The notes beneath the pieces are model-generated. The model searched no databases. It was not told where the DNA came from and was given only the letters and a program-made list of their open reading frames with translations. Below, piece by piece: positions 37,347 to 38,420 of a DNA stretch of 38,420 bases; position 1 is the stretch's first letter, and each line of letters opens with the position of its first letter. Source of the DNA: a virus (lineage: Duplodnaviria; Caudoviricetes). Where the stretch lies: positions 1 through 38,420 of IMG/VR virus record IMGVR_UViG_3300005326_000088; one strand, 5' to 3'. The translations under genes and the position numbers were made by a program.

Positions 37347-37553
37347 ATGTACACCACAACAAGAATTATTAAATGCCCCGAATGCGGAAACAATGTCAAC
37401 GAGTTTTGCGCATTTGACGAGCAAGGTCGACTTATTGAAAATCACGCATTTTGCGCAGACAGCGGAGGCGGCAATTGTCTATGGGGTGGTGCGTGGCCTT
37501 TTAACCAACGGAATATAGAAAACAACAAAAAGCGAGAAATCAAAACCGCATAA
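37347..37553 (+). CDS. Small Cys-containing hypothetical protein
   Basis: AGGAGG RBS; CPECG. Confidence 0.6.
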   Translation: MYTTTRIIKCPECGNNVNEFCAFDEQGRLIENHAFCADSGGGNCLWGGAWPFNQRNIENNKKREIKTA

Positions 37554-37585
37554 CAACACAGGCGAGAGCTGGAAAGAGTGATAAT

Positions 37586-37870
37586 ATGATTGCATATAGA
37601 CCACACCGCGGAGGATTAGGTGAAGCAATGGCGTTGGCTCAAGTGTTTGTTGATGAATCTGCTACGAAAGCACATATCGTGAAATACTGGGACGGCTTAA
37701 TTAAATACGAAGATATTGTTATTGAAGATAAGCCGTTCGGCGATGAAAGAATTGGATGGCGCGATTCCAGATATGTTTGCACAAATCGGTGCGGTGCTGA
37801 CGATTACTTAAAATTATACGGATGTCCTCAAGCGCTCGGACACTGTGCAACAGACTTTGACCCATTTTGA
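37586..37870 (+). CDS. Hypothetical phage protein
   Basis: YRPHRGGL..AM...DERIGW...YVC motif. Confidence 0.7.
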   Translation: MIAYRPHRGGLGEAMALAQVFVDESATKAHIVKYWDGLIKYEDIVIEDKPFGDERIGWRDSRYVCTNRCGADDYLKLYGCPQALGHCATDFDPF

Positions 37871-37886
37871 ACAACACAAACAATTC

Positions 37887-37916
37887 AAGCCCCCACAATT
37901 AAGTGAGGGCTTTTTG
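37887..37916 (+). terminator. Intrinsic terminator
   Basis: AAGCCCCCAC-AATTAA-GTGAGGGCTTTTT. Confidence 0.75.
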
Positions 37917-37931
37917 TTATGGGTTATATTC

Positions 37932-38166
37932 TATTACTGCCTTACTACTACTTGCAAGGTGAAAATATGTTGATACTACAGGGTTTTCCGCACGCTCCCG
38001 AACCAAGCGCGATACCAAACTTCGCCACACCCCGGAATGCTTGTGGTTGCTAATTTTCTTAGTGTTTTCAATGCCTTAGCGGTTTTTTTGTTTCTCAAGT
38101 TGTTCTAAAATGTGTCATAATATCCTAACCGTACTACTACTGTTACTACTACTCGCTACTACTACT
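37932..38166. mobile_element. attP region with TACTACTACT arm-type repeats
   Basis: Repeats at 37943, 38132, 38144 and 38157 flank a tRNA fragment next to the integrase 3' end. Confidence 0.8.
37996..38034 (-). pseudogene. 5' half of tRNA-Pro(CGG), att core homology
   Basis: CGGGGTGTGGCGAAGTTTGGTATCGCGCTTGGTTCGGGA; tRNA similarity stops right after the anticodon loop. Confidence 0.85.
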
Positions 38167-38420
38167 CATAGCTTGTTGACTGCTTCTAATTTCTCCGCAA
38201 GTCTAATGTGCGTATATCCCATAGTGGTTTGGTACTCTTCGTGTCCGCCTGTTTCCATTATGATTGCCGGCTGCACGTCGGCATTAGCCATCAAAGTGAA
38301 AAACGTGTGTCGGCAACAGTGCGGGTTAAGCTTTCTTATGCCCAATCGCTCAAGCGCAGCGTAGAAGCTATTATAAAACACTTTTTCGTGCATTTCAAGA
38401 AGTTTTTTGCTATTAGTGTT
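38166..38420 (-). CDS. int: Tyrosine integrase (C-terminal part)
   Basis: HCCRH (HxxR), GGH, TTMGYTH catalytic Tyr. Confidence 0.9.
   Translation of the reverse strand, partial: NTNSKKLLEMHEKVFYNSFYAALERLGIRKLNPHCCRHTFFTLMANADVQPAIIMETGGHEEYQTTMGYTHIRLAEKLEAVNKL

Noticed and set aside
38110-38364. Plus-strand ORF with poly-Leu/Thr, or a microsatellite/CRISPR reading of the TAC repeats
   Set aside because: Antisense to int; the repeats are 10 bp with 2-3 bp gaps, best explained as arm-type sites; no spacers or cas genes
1-38420. Stop-codon reassignment, DGR, retron or intron
   Set aside because: Conserved genes are intact in the standard code, the tRNA has a normal CCA anticodon, and no reverse transcriptase, long repeat pair or split gene was seen

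Overview
The window is nearly a whole genome of a temperate, short-tailed (podovirus-like, no tape-measure gene) phage of a Firmicutes host, probably Clostridia. Positions 1-12.4 kb (+) hold the early/replication operon: Xis-like HTH end, orphan DNA methyltransferase, about 20 small hypotheticals, SbcC-like ATPase, putative annealing protein, PD-(D/E)XK exonuclease, SSB, ERCC4 nuclease, a short DUF6291-type initiator and DnaB. Positions 12.5-35.0 kb (-) hold the late operon: terS, a tRNA-Trp/structured-RNA cluster, HTH-metallophosphoesterase, terL, portal, scaffold, capsid, adaptor, nozzle, tailspike, ejection proteins and lysis cassette. A serine resolvase with a three-subsite res site is inserted in the opposite orientation. 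Positions 35.8-37.9 kb hold an RHH-regulated accessory operon containing a hammerhead ribozyme. Positions 37.9-38.4 kb hold an intact attP and the 3' end of a tyrosine integrase. The most interesting observations are: (1) an array of structured RNA units around tRNA-Trp, including a 16S-3'-end mimic; (2) an attP carrying the 5' half, not the 3' half, of tRNA-Pro(CGG); (3) a diverged copy of the initiator gene's iteron/linker segment in non-coding DNA 25 kb away, possibly a detached origin; (4) resolvase and res beside the probable packaging start; (5) several apparent ATT/ACG starts and an internal endolysin start. All calls come from reading motifs by eye; no searches were run.
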